Shown here piece after piece: positions 29,027 to 38,657 of a stretch of 64,000 bases of DNA. Location of the stretch: contig JBDRIE010000037.1 of NCBI GenBank assembly GCA_043816165.1, forward strand, positions 1,890 to 65,889, in the 5' to 3' direction. Position 1 is the stretch's first letter; each line of letters opens with the position of its first letter. The translations under genes and the position numbers were made by a program. Origin of the DNA: Nitrospirota bacterium. GTDB taxonomy: Bacteria > Patescibacteriota > Gracilibacteria > UBA1369 > LOWO2-01-FULL-3. Under the pieces are notes generated by a model, which had not been told where the DNA came from, did no database searches, and saw nothing but the letters and a program-made list of their open reading frames with translations.

Positions 29027-31510
29027 CTAAACTGCTCCAATTCTCCTCAAAATTTCTCGATCCACAAAGTCTCTATCACGACCATACTTGAGCCTCGAAA
29101 GTTGTTTGTAGGCTTCAGCAGCTTCTTTATCGCCTTCTTCCAGATAAGGATTAACAGGGGTAATACTGAATGGGCGACTGGGCTGCGAATCAATAGAGAG
29201 CTTCATAACAGCCTTGTACTTGTCGATATTAATAAGATCTTGGTCACTAAATACAGGAGCCATTTCCTTGGCCATATGCTCCGCATCTTGTGCACCAATT
29301 TTGTAACACATCATTGAACCGATATTGCCAAAAACCGCTTCCTTGATACCTACTCCTTTTTTCCTTGCGCTACCTCCTTCTTCCAATTGACCGAGATATT
29401 GGTGAGCAACATTCAAACTCAAACGATATTTTCTTGCTTCAGATAGAATCGACTCGATACTTTCCGTAACGTAGTTTTGGAATTCATCGATGTACAGGAA
29501 GAAGTCTTGCCGTTCTTCTTTTGGCATTTTTTGTCTTTTTAAAGCAGCCATTTGCAGTTTCTGCACCATAATCAAACCAAGAAGCTTTGAGTTAACTTCA
29601 CCGACAGTACCCTTTGACAAGTTCATAAGGAGAATCTTCTTTTCCTGCATGCACTTTGTGATATCAAAGGCGGACTTTGTCTGACCAATGATGTTTCTCA
29701 TCATTGTGTTTGTAACGAATTGACCAAATTTAGCCGCGAAGTAGGGGATCATCTCCTGCTTCTCCCTCGCACCGGTTTTTGCCATTTGGTGGTCCCAGAA
29801 TGAAGCGACGACAGGGTTTTTAACATGTTGTCTCTTTATTTTTGCAAAATCATCGTCAGTAAATAACCGAACTATATCAGTCAACGCCGCTCCTTGAGGA
29901 TCTGCCATCAGCGTAAGTACTCCATTTCTGAAGTAATCCTGGATTCTAGGCCCAAACACCTCTTCATCAAAAAGCTTAATCATGATATTCATCGCATCAA
30001 GCGCTACCATTTCTTTCTCCTCCTCGGTGTCTCCTTCCAAAATATTCAAACCAAGCGGTCTTTCCAAATCAGAAGGATCGAAATGAATTACATCATCAGC
30101 TCGTTCTCTTGGAACAAAAGGCAATATATCTTCAATCAAAGAACCATGCGGATCTATTACACACACACCATTTCCATTTTTCAAATCCTGTCGAATCATT
30201 ACCTGCAAAATCGAAGATTTACCGGTACCAGTTTGTCCAATTACATAAAAATGCCTAAATCTATCCTCAGTCTTCATTCTTATCTCTTTCTTTTCGCCTC
30301 TGTAAATATTGTGACCAAGAAGAAGTCCTTCATCGGGAATATTTGGAGGTGAAGGCGCAATTTTAAAGTTTTGCCACGATATACATGGATATTTATTAAA
30401 CCTAATATTAGGAATATGGAATAATGAAGCCAACTCTTCACAAGACAAAATCATCTTTTTACCAAATAACCATTCCAACAATCCTATTCGGAAATTCCTA
30501 AAAATATAATTCGTCACGAGCCATCTATTGTTATGCCATGCTGTGTAATCGAAACTATTGCAATTTGAAGCTGAATATTGAGTGAATGCACTTCTTATGG
30601 ACAATTGATTGTTTGCAGCCGTTTGTTTTGAATCTGATGCTGTCACAATTCGTATTATTGTTTCAAATCCCGGTTTAGAATTTTTTTCTTCAATAGCTTT
30701 CACCTCATCATCTGTGACAGGCGTTGTCCTGGTAGTTCCCTTTTGGACATCTCCAATATTATCCATTTTTTCACCTTTTGTGAAAAAATCAAAAAGTGTT
30801 GAAAGCCAGGAGAGGGGATTGTACCATGTGAAATTCGCTCCACCTTCACTTTGAAATATTTTGTGGGCGATTTTTCTACCTTTTTCCTGCCAACTATTAC
30901 TCACAGGTTTAATCATTATTTGTATTGAAGCACCGTCATCGGATCCGATTTTCGACAAAGAATTAATAATTGTATTAATAGGATCCGCATTAAATCTTTG
31001 GTATGTTTTCACCGGAAAAGAGAATGGTTTTGTAGTCGTAATATACGTAGAAACCACCTTACTTTTTGGCCTAAATATATTATAATCATCCACTTGTTCC
31101 ACATAAGCATCCGGGTAAAAAGCCGTAAGCTGCTTTTCTACTATATGAAGTAGGCTCCTTGGGCAAACTATAAAGAAGTGTACTTGACCCTCTAAAACTG
31201 CGTATTCGAAAGATAAAAAGTCCTGTGACAAAAGCACCCTTTTAACCCTACTTGTATAAATACCATGAAGCGATTCAAAAAACTGAGTCATTACACCTCC
31301 GGAAATTTCTTTAAAGTCTTTCGACTGTGAATACTGCTCTCCTTCAACCTCTCTATCCTCTTTTGACTCCTTTTTTGGAACTCTTATATCCAAAAAAACC
31401 ATATTAAAGGACCGCTCCAAATTCATTTTATATCGCACAAATTTGATAACTACAGCAATAACGATTACTGATGCAATTACGAGCAACGATATTAATAGCC
31501 AGTTATTCAT
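29027..31510 (-). CDS. TraD/VirD4/TrwB-like (FtsK-HerA superfamily) P-loop ATPase with N-terminal TM anchor, paralog 1
   Basis: Walker A GQTGTGKSS, Walker B DFFLYIDEFQN, VCVIDPHGSLIEDIL, and an N-terminal helix WLLISLLVIASVIVIAVVI. ATG 31510 is the second codon of the TTG-initiated ORF. Confidence 0.75.
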   Translation of the reverse strand: MNNWLLISLLVIASVIVIAVVIKFVRYKMNLERSFNMVFLDIRVPKKESKEDREVEGEQYSQSKDFKEISGGVMTQFFESLHGIYTSRVKRVLLSQDFLSFEYAVLEGQVHFFIVCPRSLLHIVEKQLTAFYPDAYVEQVDDYNIFRPKSKVVSTYITTTKPFSFPVKTYQRFNADPINTIINSLSKIGSDDGASIQIMIKPVSNSWQEKGRKIAHKIFQSEGGANFTWYNPLSWLSTLFDFFTKGEKMDNIGDVQKGTTRTTPVTDDEVKAIEEKNSKPGFETIIRIVTASDSKQTAANNQLSIRSAFTQYSASNCNSFDYTAWHNNRWLVTNYIFRNFRIGLLEWLFGKKMILSCEELASLFHIPNIRFNKYPCISWQNFKIAPSPPNIPDEGLLLGHNIYRGEKKEIRMKTEDRFRHFYVIGQTGTGKSSILQVMIRQDLKNGNGVCVIDPHGSLIEDILPFVPRERADDVIHFDPSDLERPLGLNILEGDTEEEKEMVALDAMNIMIKLFDEEVFGPRIQDYFRNGVLTLMADPQGAALTDIVRLFTDDDFAKIKRQHVKNPVVASFWDHQMAKTGAREKQEMIPYFAAKFGQFVTNTMMRNIIGQTKSAFDITKCMQEKKILLMNLSKGTVGEVNSKLLGLIMVQKLQMAALKRQKMPKEERQDFFLYIDEFQNYVTESIESILSEARKYRLSLNVAHQYLGQLEEGGSARKKGVGIKEAVFGNIGSMMCYKIGAQDAEHMAKEMAPVFSDQDLINIDKYKAVMKLSIDSQPSRPFSITPVNPYLEEGDKEAAEAYKQLSRLKYGRDRDFVDREILRRIGAV

Positions 31511-31554
31511 CAAAATTTATATAATTATATCTGAATATTTTAGCACGAAAAGGC

Positions 31555-33312
31555 TCATGTGGCAATTTTGATGTGCAATTCTTTTATTTGCTTTGCGGGC
31601 ATTTCTGATGGAGCGCCTAGCATAAGGTCTTTAGCCTTTTGATCTTTTGGGAATGCCATTACTTCCCGGATATTAGGTTCATCCGCAAAAATCATGATTA
31701 ATCGCTCAATTCCCCATGCAATTCCTCCATGAGGAGGAGCGCCGTACTCGAATGCCTGCAGCATATGTCCAAATCTTCTCTCAGCATCTTCATTTGAAAT
31801 TCCCAATATTTTGAACACCTTTGCTTGAATTTTTTGGTCATGAATCCTAATTGATCCGCCACCGATTTCTGTCCCGTTCAAAACCACGTCATAGGCAATT
31901 GACAATGCAGTTTCAGGGCTTTCCTCCAGATCTTTAGTGTTTTTTGGTGAAGTAAACGGATGATGTACAGCTGCTAATGTTTTTTCCTCTTTATCGTATT
32001 CAAACATAGGAAAATCCTTTACCCAACAAAAAGCGAATAACTTTTCATCCTTTAAACCTAGTTTATCTGCTACGGCCAGTCTTACATGCCCCAACGATTC
32101 ACATGCCGTATTGAACTCATCGGCACAGAAAAATAAAATATCACCATCCGTGGCCTGGCATCTCTCAGCCATTTGTTTAAGCTCCTCTTCTTTGAAAAAT
32201 TTCACTAGTGACGATTTGAATTCACCATCATCCATCACTATATAAGCAAGTCCTTTAGCTCCATGAATTTTCGCTACTTCTGTATATTCATCAATTTCTT
32301 TGCGAGTAAATTTCGCTCCTCCCTCAACCCTCAATGCCTTAACAACCCCTCCACCTTCTACAACATCATTAAACATCTTGAAGTCGCATTCAGCTGCAAC
32401 ATCGGAAACATCCGACAATGGCATATCGAACCTCATATCAGGAGAATCCGAACCGTATAAATTCATAGCTTCATCGTATGTCAGAACCGGGAATGGCTCT
32501 TGCATAATTTTTTTATGTGGAACAAATTCTTTAACCAGTTTTATCAGTAATTCTTCGTTGAGTTTCATTACATCCTCTTCCTCAACAAAAGACATCTCAA
32601 CGTCTAATTGAGTGAACTCCGGCTGCCTATCTCCTCGCTGATCCTCATCCCTAAAACATCGTGCTATTTGAAAATACCTGTCAAACCCTGCAATCATTAA
32701 TAATTGTTTCAATTGCTGTGGTGATTGAGGCAAAACAAAAAATTGTCCCGGATATAAGCGCGATGGCACTAAGTACTCACGACTTCCTTCAGGAGTTCCT
32801 TTAATCAAAATAGGAGTTTCTATTTCCAAAAATTCATTATCTGACATGAAATCCCTGATATATTTCACGACTTTATGTCTCAGCACAATATTATTCCGCA
32901 ATCTTTCTCTGCGAAGATCCAAGTACCTATACTTCAAACGCAATTCCTCGCCAACCTCTTTATCCTGATCGATTTCGAATGGTGGAACTTTTGAGGCATT
33001 TAAGATTTCAGCTTTTATCACCAAAACTTCGATCGCTCCTGTATCAAGGTTTGTATTTGTCTGACCATCCGGGCGACTTCGTACCTTCCCCGTTATTTTT
33101 AAGACATATTCACTTCGAGTATTATCCATCAAATTATGAGCTTCAGAGTATTCAACAGGATCAGAAACAATTTGAGTTAACCCATAACGATCACGTAAGT
33201 CGATGAATATTACACCACCATGATCACGCCGTCTGTGAACCCATCCGGACAGAACAACTTCTGAATCAATATGTTTTTCAGTAAGCTCATTGCAAGTATG
33301 TGATCTATACAT
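31555..33312 (-). CDS. aspS: aspartate--tRNA ligase
   Basis: MYRSHTCNELT...GWVHRRRDHGGVIFIDLRD and class II motifs (FRDEDQRGDRQPEFTQLD, GGGSIRIH). Confidence 0.92.
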   Translation of the reverse strand: MYRSHTCNELTEKHIDSEVVLSGWVHRRRDHGGVIFIDLRDRYGLTQIVSDPVEYSEAHNLMDNTRSEYVLKITGKVRSRPDGQTNTNLDTGAIEVLVIKAEILNASKVPPFEIDQDKEVGEELRLKYRYLDLRRERLRNNIVLRHKVVKYIRDFMSDNEFLEIETPILIKGTPEGSREYLVPSRLYPGQFFVLPQSPQQLKQLLMIAGFDRYFQIARCFRDEDQRGDRQPEFTQLDVEMSFVEEEDVMKLNEELLIKLVKEFVPHKKIMQEPFPVLTYDEAMNLYGSDSPDMRFDMPLSDVSDVAAECDFKMFNDVVEGGGVVKALRVEGGAKFTRKEIDEYTEVAKIHGAKGLAYIVMDDGEFKSSLVKFFKEEELKQMAERCQATDGDILFFCADEFNTACESLGHVRLAVADKLGLKDEKLFAFCWVKDFPMFEYDKEEKTLAAVHHPFTSPKNTKDLEESPETALSIAYDVVLNGTEIGGGSIRIHDQKIQAKVFKILGISNEDAERRFGHMLQAFEYGAPPHGGIAWGIERLIMIFADEPNIREVMAFPKDQKAKDLMLGAPSEMPAKQIKELHIKIAT

Positions 33313-33368
33313 AAAAATAGATTAAAAATACAAAAGACTTCAGAAATAATCTTAGTGGAGAATGTAAG

Positions 33369-36300
33369 TTATTTCAACAAAGAATCAACGCTTTTTCTCA
33401 GCTCAGAAGTGAGATTTATACCGAACGGAAGCTTTATTTTTTTGTCGGCTGACGGAATTGATATAGAAACCGGCGTTTCACCTTTATGGCGGAGCAACAA
33501 ATCATTCAAGTCCTTCATTTTTGCATTATCCGCTTCCTTTGGAACCTCTATAGTGAATAGGGGAGCGGTTTTTTTCTCTTTCTCAGGCGGTTCATTCTCC
33601 GAAATGATATCGTCAATTTTTCTTGCAGAAAGATCAAAAGGCTCATCTGGGTCGTATAATTTTGTATTTTTTGCATTACTAATCATTGTTTCTATCGACA
33701 ATACTTTAGCGGAATCACATACGATTTGATAATAACCTCTTCTGTTATCGAATTTACCGGTTAAAACTGCCAAATTATCCTCAACAAGTGCGTCCCCAAA
33801 ATGCGTAAACGCCTTTGAAAACATAATTCCATTTATCTTCGCTGTTGGATCCTCAATAGTAAAAGTTACCATATAACCTCCAGCTTTTGTCATTATTCTT
33901 TTAACCTCGGACAACAAACCAATAACCTTTATATTATTATTCAACATTTTGTTGCTCAGAGTTGCTATCAAATGAGATTTTTTTCCCAGGTATTTCTTTA
34001 AACCTCTTAGTGGATGATTAGAAACATACATCCCCAATAATTCCTTCTCCCATTTTAGACATTGAAGCTGCGAAGCCTCAGGAATTTTATCCAACCTTAG
34101 CCCACCATGAACCGGCTCCGAATCATCCAGCATTCCAAAAATCGACGTTTGGTCATCTGACCGTGACTGTTGAGATAATTTTGCGAATTTTGTGACTTGC
34201 TCATAATTTTCTGCAATTTGATTTCTTTCTCCAAATTCATCCAACGCACCGCTATAAGCCAACGCTTGAACGACTTTTTTGTTTAAATTTTGTGCAGGAA
34301 CACGATTGGCAAAATCTTCAAGTGATTTAAACGGGCCATCCTTTTCACGCTTTTCTATAATTTCTTTAATCGGACCCTCACCGATTCCTTTGATAGCCAG
34401 CAATCCAAATCTAATCTTCTTTTTATTTACAATAGTGAAATCTTTATATGATTCGTTTACTGAAGGTGGCAGTACATCTATCCCTTTCTCATTGCACTCT
34501 TTTATTTCCAAAACAACTCGATCCGTATTATTCGCATCTGCACAAAGCAATGCTGTCATAAATTCCACCGGGAAATGAGCCTTTAGATATGCAGTTTGAT
34601 ACGCGATAAGCCCATAACAAACAGCGTGAGCCTTATTAAATCCATAACCTGCAAACGGCTCTATCACCTTCTCAAAAACTTCTTCTGCAAATTTCTCATC
34701 ATACCCATTCTTTACCGCACCATTTATGAACTTCTCCCTTTGTTCTTCTAAAAGTGAAGCGATTTTTTTACCAACCGCCTTGCGCAAAAGATCCGCTTCA
34801 CCTAATGAAAATCCCGCAAAGTCACGCGCTAACTGCAAAATCTGTTCTTGGTAAACCGCTACACCATATGTTGACTCCAAAATGGACTTGAATGATTTAT
34901 GAAGGTACTGAACCTTATCCGGATTATGTTTTCCGTTTATATAATTCGGGATCCATTCCATCGGTCCCGGTCGATACAGAGCGCCCATCGCCACGATATC
35001 ATCAAACATGTTTGGCTTTAACTCCTTCAAATATCTTTTCATCCCGGAAGACTCCAATTGAAACACCCCGGTTGTATCTGCTTTTCGGAGCAACTTAAAA
35101 GTCTTTTCATCGTCCATTGGAATTTTGTTGATATCTACATCCTTTTTTTGTGTTTCCTTAAGTAAATTACAGGTCTCTTCTATAACAGTGAGATTCTTTA
35201 ATCCCAAGAAATCCATCTTCAAAAGACCCAAGCTCTCAATTGGCTTCATCGAAAACTGTGTGACAACTTCCTCTTTTCCACCCGCTCCATACTGCAGAGC
35301 GGTATATTCAGTTAATGGCTTTTCAGAAATCACAACCGCACATGCATGTGTTCCGGCGTGACGAACTGTTCCCTCCAGCTGTATAGCATAATCCAAAAGC
35401 TTTTTAGCTCTCGGGTCAGTCTCGTACGCATTTTTCAGATCAGCATACTCCTTTATAGAAACCTCAAGTGGCACATGCTTCCCAAGTACCGGTGTGGGAA
35501 CTATTTTGGCTAATTGATCTACTTCTTGATATGGGTACCCCAAAGCTCTTCCGACATCGCGCACTGCCGCACGTGGAGCCATTGTTCCAAAAGTTATGAT
35601 TTGAGCAACATTATCACGTCCATATTTTTCATTCACATATTCCAATACTTCATCACGACGATTATCAGCAAAATCAATATCTATATCAGGCATACTCACT
35701 CTTTCCGGATTCAAGAACCTTTCAAAGAAAAGTCCATATTCAATTGGATCGAGATCCGTTATAGCAAGTGACCAAGCCAATATTGAACCTGCAGCTGATC
35801 CACGTCCCGGCCCTACTACTATTTTTTGTTCCTTCGCGTATTTAACAAAATCATGAACTATTAAAAAGTAAGTATCAAATCCCATTTCATGAACTGTTTT
35901 TAGCTCATATTCCAATCTCTCGTTGTATTCCTTAGGGATTTTTTTTCCATTAAATCGACTATTAAGACCTTCTTCGCACAATTGTCTCAGATAAACATGT
36001 GGATCTTCGTTTTGTGGAGTGTCGAAAGAGGGGATCAAGAACTTGTCGAATTCATATGTGACATTGCATTTTTCAGCAATTTTTACTGTGTTTTCTATAG
36101 CTTCCGGAGTGTCGGAAAATGCCACTTTCAAGTCGTTCACTTCTCTTATTGAGAAATCACCGGTATATCTCATTCTATTTTCCTCATTCACATTTGTACC
36201 GGTTTGTATGCAGAGCAAAATGTCATGAGCCTCACTGTCCTCCGGTCTCGGATAATGTGAATCATTTGTAGCAACTAACTGCAGATCGTATTCTTTTGCC

Positions 36301-36878
36301 AATTTCTTCAAACGCTCATTAACGATCTCTTGATCTTCAAGCAGCGGATGATCTTGCATCTCCAGGTAAAAATCGTCTTTTCCAAAAATATCTATATACT
36401 CCTTTATCTTATCATGAAGATCTTCTTCGTTTTCGTCCAAAATCAGTCTCGGCAAGTGTCCTTGAAGACACCCACTAAGCGCTATAAGACCCTTTCCATA
36501 CGTTTTTAAAAGTCCATAATCAACTCTCGGTTTATAATAAAAACCCTCCAAATTCGCCTTCGTGACCAGTTGTAAAAGGTTTTTATATCCCTCGTTATCC
36601 TTTGCCAATAGCGTTAGATGATACGGTTTTACATCAATCCTTGGTTCCTTGTCGAAACGTGTTCTCGGCGCAATATAAATTTCGCACCCTAAAACTGGTT
36701 TAATTCCTTCCTTCTTTGCAGCTTTATAAAATTCTACCAATCCATAAGTAACTCCATGATCCGTTAATGCAGCGGCTGGATAACCCAGTTCTTTTGCTCG
36801 CAAAATGATAGCCTCCGGACTTCCAAATCCATCAAGCAGACTATAATGAGAGTGACAATGTAGATTTACAAATGACAT
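33369..36878 (-). CDS. dnaE: DNA polymerase III subunit alpha
   Basis: PHP N-terminus MSFVNLHCHSHYSLLDG, the PDIDIDF palm motif, 1169 aa. Confidence 0.92.
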   Translation of the reverse strand: MSFVNLHCHSHYSLLDGFGSPEAIILRAKELGYPAAALTDHGVTYGLVEFYKAAKKEGIKPVLGCEIYIAPRTRFDKEPRIDVKPYHLTLLAKDNEGYKNLLQLVTKANLEGFYYKPRVDYGLLKTYGKGLIALSGCLQGHLPRLILDENEEDLHDKIKEYIDIFGKDDFYLEMQDHPLLEDQEIVNERLKKLAKEYDLQLVATNDSHYPRPEDSEAHDILLCIQTGTNVNEENRMRYTGDFSIREVNDLKVAFSDTPEAIENTVKIAEKCNVTYEFDKFLIPSFDTPQNEDPHVYLRQLCEEGLNSRFNGKKIPKEYNERLEYELKTVHEMGFDTYFLIVHDFVKYAKEQKIVVGPGRGSAAGSILAWSLAITDLDPIEYGLFFERFLNPERVSMPDIDIDFADNRRDEVLEYVNEKYGRDNVAQIITFGTMAPRAAVRDVGRALGYPYQEVDQLAKIVPTPVLGKHVPLEVSIKEYADLKNAYETDPRAKKLLDYAIQLEGTVRHAGTHACAVVISEKPLTEYTALQYGAGGKEEVVTQFSMKPIESLGLLKMDFLGLKNLTVIEETCNLLKETQKKDVDINKIPMDDEKTFKLLRKADTTGVFQLESSGMKRYLKELKPNMFDDIVAMGALYRPGPMEWIPNYINGKHNPDKVQYLHKSFKSILESTYGVAVYQEQILQLARDFAGFSLGEADLLRKAVGKKIASLLEEQREKFINGAVKNGYDEKFAEEVFEKVIEPFAGYGFNKAHAVCYGLIAYQTAYLKAHFPVEFMTALLCADANNTDRVVLEIKECNEKGIDVLPPSVNESYKDFTIVNKKKIRFGLLAIKGIGEGPIKEIIEKREKDGPFKSLEDFANRVPAQNLNKKVVQALAYSGALDEFGERNQIAENYEQVTKFAKLSQQSRSDDQTSIFGMLDDSEPVHGGLRLDKIPEASQLQCLKWEKELLGMYVSNHPLRGLKKYLGKKSHLIATLSNKMLNNNIKVIGLLSEVKRIMTKAGGYMVTFTIEDPTAKINGIMFSKAFTHFGDALVEDNLAVLTGKFDNRRGYYQIVCDSAKVLSIETMISNAKNTKLYDPDEPFDLSARKIDDIISENEPPEKEKKTAPLFTIEVPKEADNAKMKDLNDLLLRHKGETPVSISIPSADKKIKLPFGINLTSELRKSVDSLLK

Positions 36879-36880
36879 AT

Positions 36881-37201
36881 CTAAAATGGTGACATTAGAT
36901 GATAATGAAGATGAAACACCTCTTGCCCTCCTTCACGACCGGTATGAATCTGCACTCGATACCCTTTCAACTCCTTATCTGCCGCTACTTTCTTAGCAAC
37001 AAGGAGCATATGCGATAACAGTTCCGCATCTGATTCTTGCGCATCCGCAAGTGATGGCAGATGTCTTTTCGAAACTATTAACAAATGCGTTTTTGCCTTT
37101 GGATTAATATCGTTAAAAACAACGCACTGGTCGTCTTCATACAGAAATTCCGTATCCATTTGACCGGAAGAAATTTTACAAAAAATGCAATCATCAGACA
37201 T
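36881..37201 (-). CDS. HIT family hydrolase
   Basis: CIFCKI plus the HLHYHLM histidine triad. Confidence 0.85.
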   Translation of the reverse strand: MSDDCIFCKISSGQMDTEFLYEDDQCVVFNDINPKAKTHLLIVSKRHLPSLADAQESDAELLSHMLLVAKKVAADKELKGYRVQIHTGREGGQEVFHLHYHLMSPF

Positions 37202-37210
37202 GTGAACAAT

Positions 37211-38275
37211 TTACCTTGTCTTTTTTCCCTTTGCAAGCTGGTAAACAGCTCGACCTACCCTAACAAATTGAGGATTTTTTTGTAGATTTAGGGATATAGT
37301 CCCTTTCTTTACCTGACGTTGCTTTAGAACCCCTTCTATAATTTCCTGTTTCGTCATTGGGCTTTTTTTCTTCAAAAGTCCTTCAATAACGTCCGCTACC
37401 GTACCCTTAGAAAATCCGAATTCTTTCAAAGTATATAAACCACGACCAACAAGCACAAATTGATCATATCTGATAAGTTCGTTATGAACCGCCTGAGTCG
37501 TCACTACTTTCTTGTCAAATCCGGCTTCTGTAATTTTATTCGCAATTTCTACAAAGTGAAGTGGGTTTTTCTCTTTTTTCAAAACTATATAAGCCTTATC
37601 TCTAATACTTCTTGGATTAATATGTCTCCAAACCATAAGACCAAATCCATCCTCTGTTCGTTTAAGTCTCTTGTCTACTTCAAGACAAGAAATAATCATT
37701 GGATCATTATAAGATTCAATAGAGTCGCCAAGCAGTTGTCTAATTTGAATAATCACTTTCGAATCTGAAAGAACCTCGCTTTTTTTCTTCAAAATTTTAA
37801 TACCCGAACTAATTACCGACGAAATTGTAGCAACATCTATCTCTTTGATTCTCCAGAAAGGTTTAAAAATATTAGTTTTTTCAGCCAATTCAATATTCAA
37901 ATTAATATTCAATGCCAATTTAATAATATTAGCATCAACATCTTCTTTAGACTTGATAAGATTTAGAACTTCACCAATTAGCTTTGTCTCAAGCAAAACT
38001 CCTCCATTATCTGCAATTACTTTATTGGCGATATCATTGACTACATTCAATCTTGTAGTTTGAACAGTTCTTCTTAGCTTACCAAGAGCGATCTTCTCAA
38101 TTTGTCTTATACGTTCTCTTGTAACTGAAAATTGCTGACCAATAAACTCCAGGGTCCGTTTTGGTTTATTATCTAAACTAAATCTTTTCACGATAACATC
38201 TTTCTCTTTATTCGTAAGGACTAAAAACATTTCTTCTACGACATCAGCAAGATTAATTTTCGTATTACTGCTCAT
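37211..38275 (-). CDS. sigma-70 region-4-like HTH fused to HARE-HTH-like winged helices, paralog 1
   Basis: LTNKEKDVIVKRFSL...[30 protein letters not shown] closely mimics sigma region 4.1/4.2. There is no region 2. C-terminal FVLVGRGLYTL and FVRVGRAVYQL resemble RpoE-delta/HARE-HTH. Confidence 0.65.
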   Translation of the reverse strand: MSSNTKINLADVVEEMFLVLTNKEKDVIVKRFSLDNKPKRTLEFIGQQFSVTRERIRQIEKIALGKLRRTVQTTRLNVVNDIANKVIADNGGVLLETKLIGEVLNLIKSKEDVDANIIKLALNINLNIELAEKTNIFKPFWRIKEIDVATISSVISSGIKILKKKSEVLSDSKVIIQIRQLLGDSIESYNDPMIISCLEVDKRLKRTEDGFGLMVWRHINPRSIRDKAYIVLKKEKNPLHFVEIANKITEAGFDKKVVTTQAVHNELIRYDQFVLVGRGLYTLKEFGFSKGTVADVIEGLLKKKSPMTKQEIIEGVLKQRQVKKGTISLNLQKNPQFVRVGRAVYQLAKGKKTR

Positions 38276-38505
38276 AATTTAATGATTAATATGCGCCCCC
38301 CAGTAAGGCCAATAAAGAATATTGACTTTGCAGTTAATTGTCAAGCAAGAAAGTTGATATAACCGCAACTATGTTTTATAAACGCATAAGCCATTTAAGA
38401 GGAGAACTTACACCATTATAAAATATATGTCAAAATTATTTTTAATAATAACTTTTATATTGCAATTTAATTTTTGCCCAGTAATATTGTGGAGCAGCGA
38501 ATTAT

Positions 38506-38591
38506 GGGCGAGTGGTGGAATTTGGTAGACACGCTAGTCTTAGGAACTAGTGGCGCAAGCCGTGAGGGTTCAAGTCCCTCCTCGCCCACCA
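38506..38591 (+). tRNA. tRNA-Leu (anticodon TAG), long variable arm, CCA encoded
   Basis: Acceptor GGGCGAG/CTCGCCC, anticodon arm CTAGT-CTTAGGA-ACTAG, T arm GAGGG-TTCAAGT-CCCTC. Confidence 0.9.
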
Positions 38592-38657
38592 TGCTTGCGA
38601 AGCAAAGCGGAGCAAGTCGCGAGCTAAGGCGAGCGTAGTATGAGCGAAGCGAATACC

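Noticed and set aside
31520-31554. Half-CIRCE-like GTGCTAA upstream of the TraD-like paralog 1
   Set aside because: Only one half-site is present, with no inverted partner at N9 spacing. It is probably a chance match in an AT-rich promoter region.
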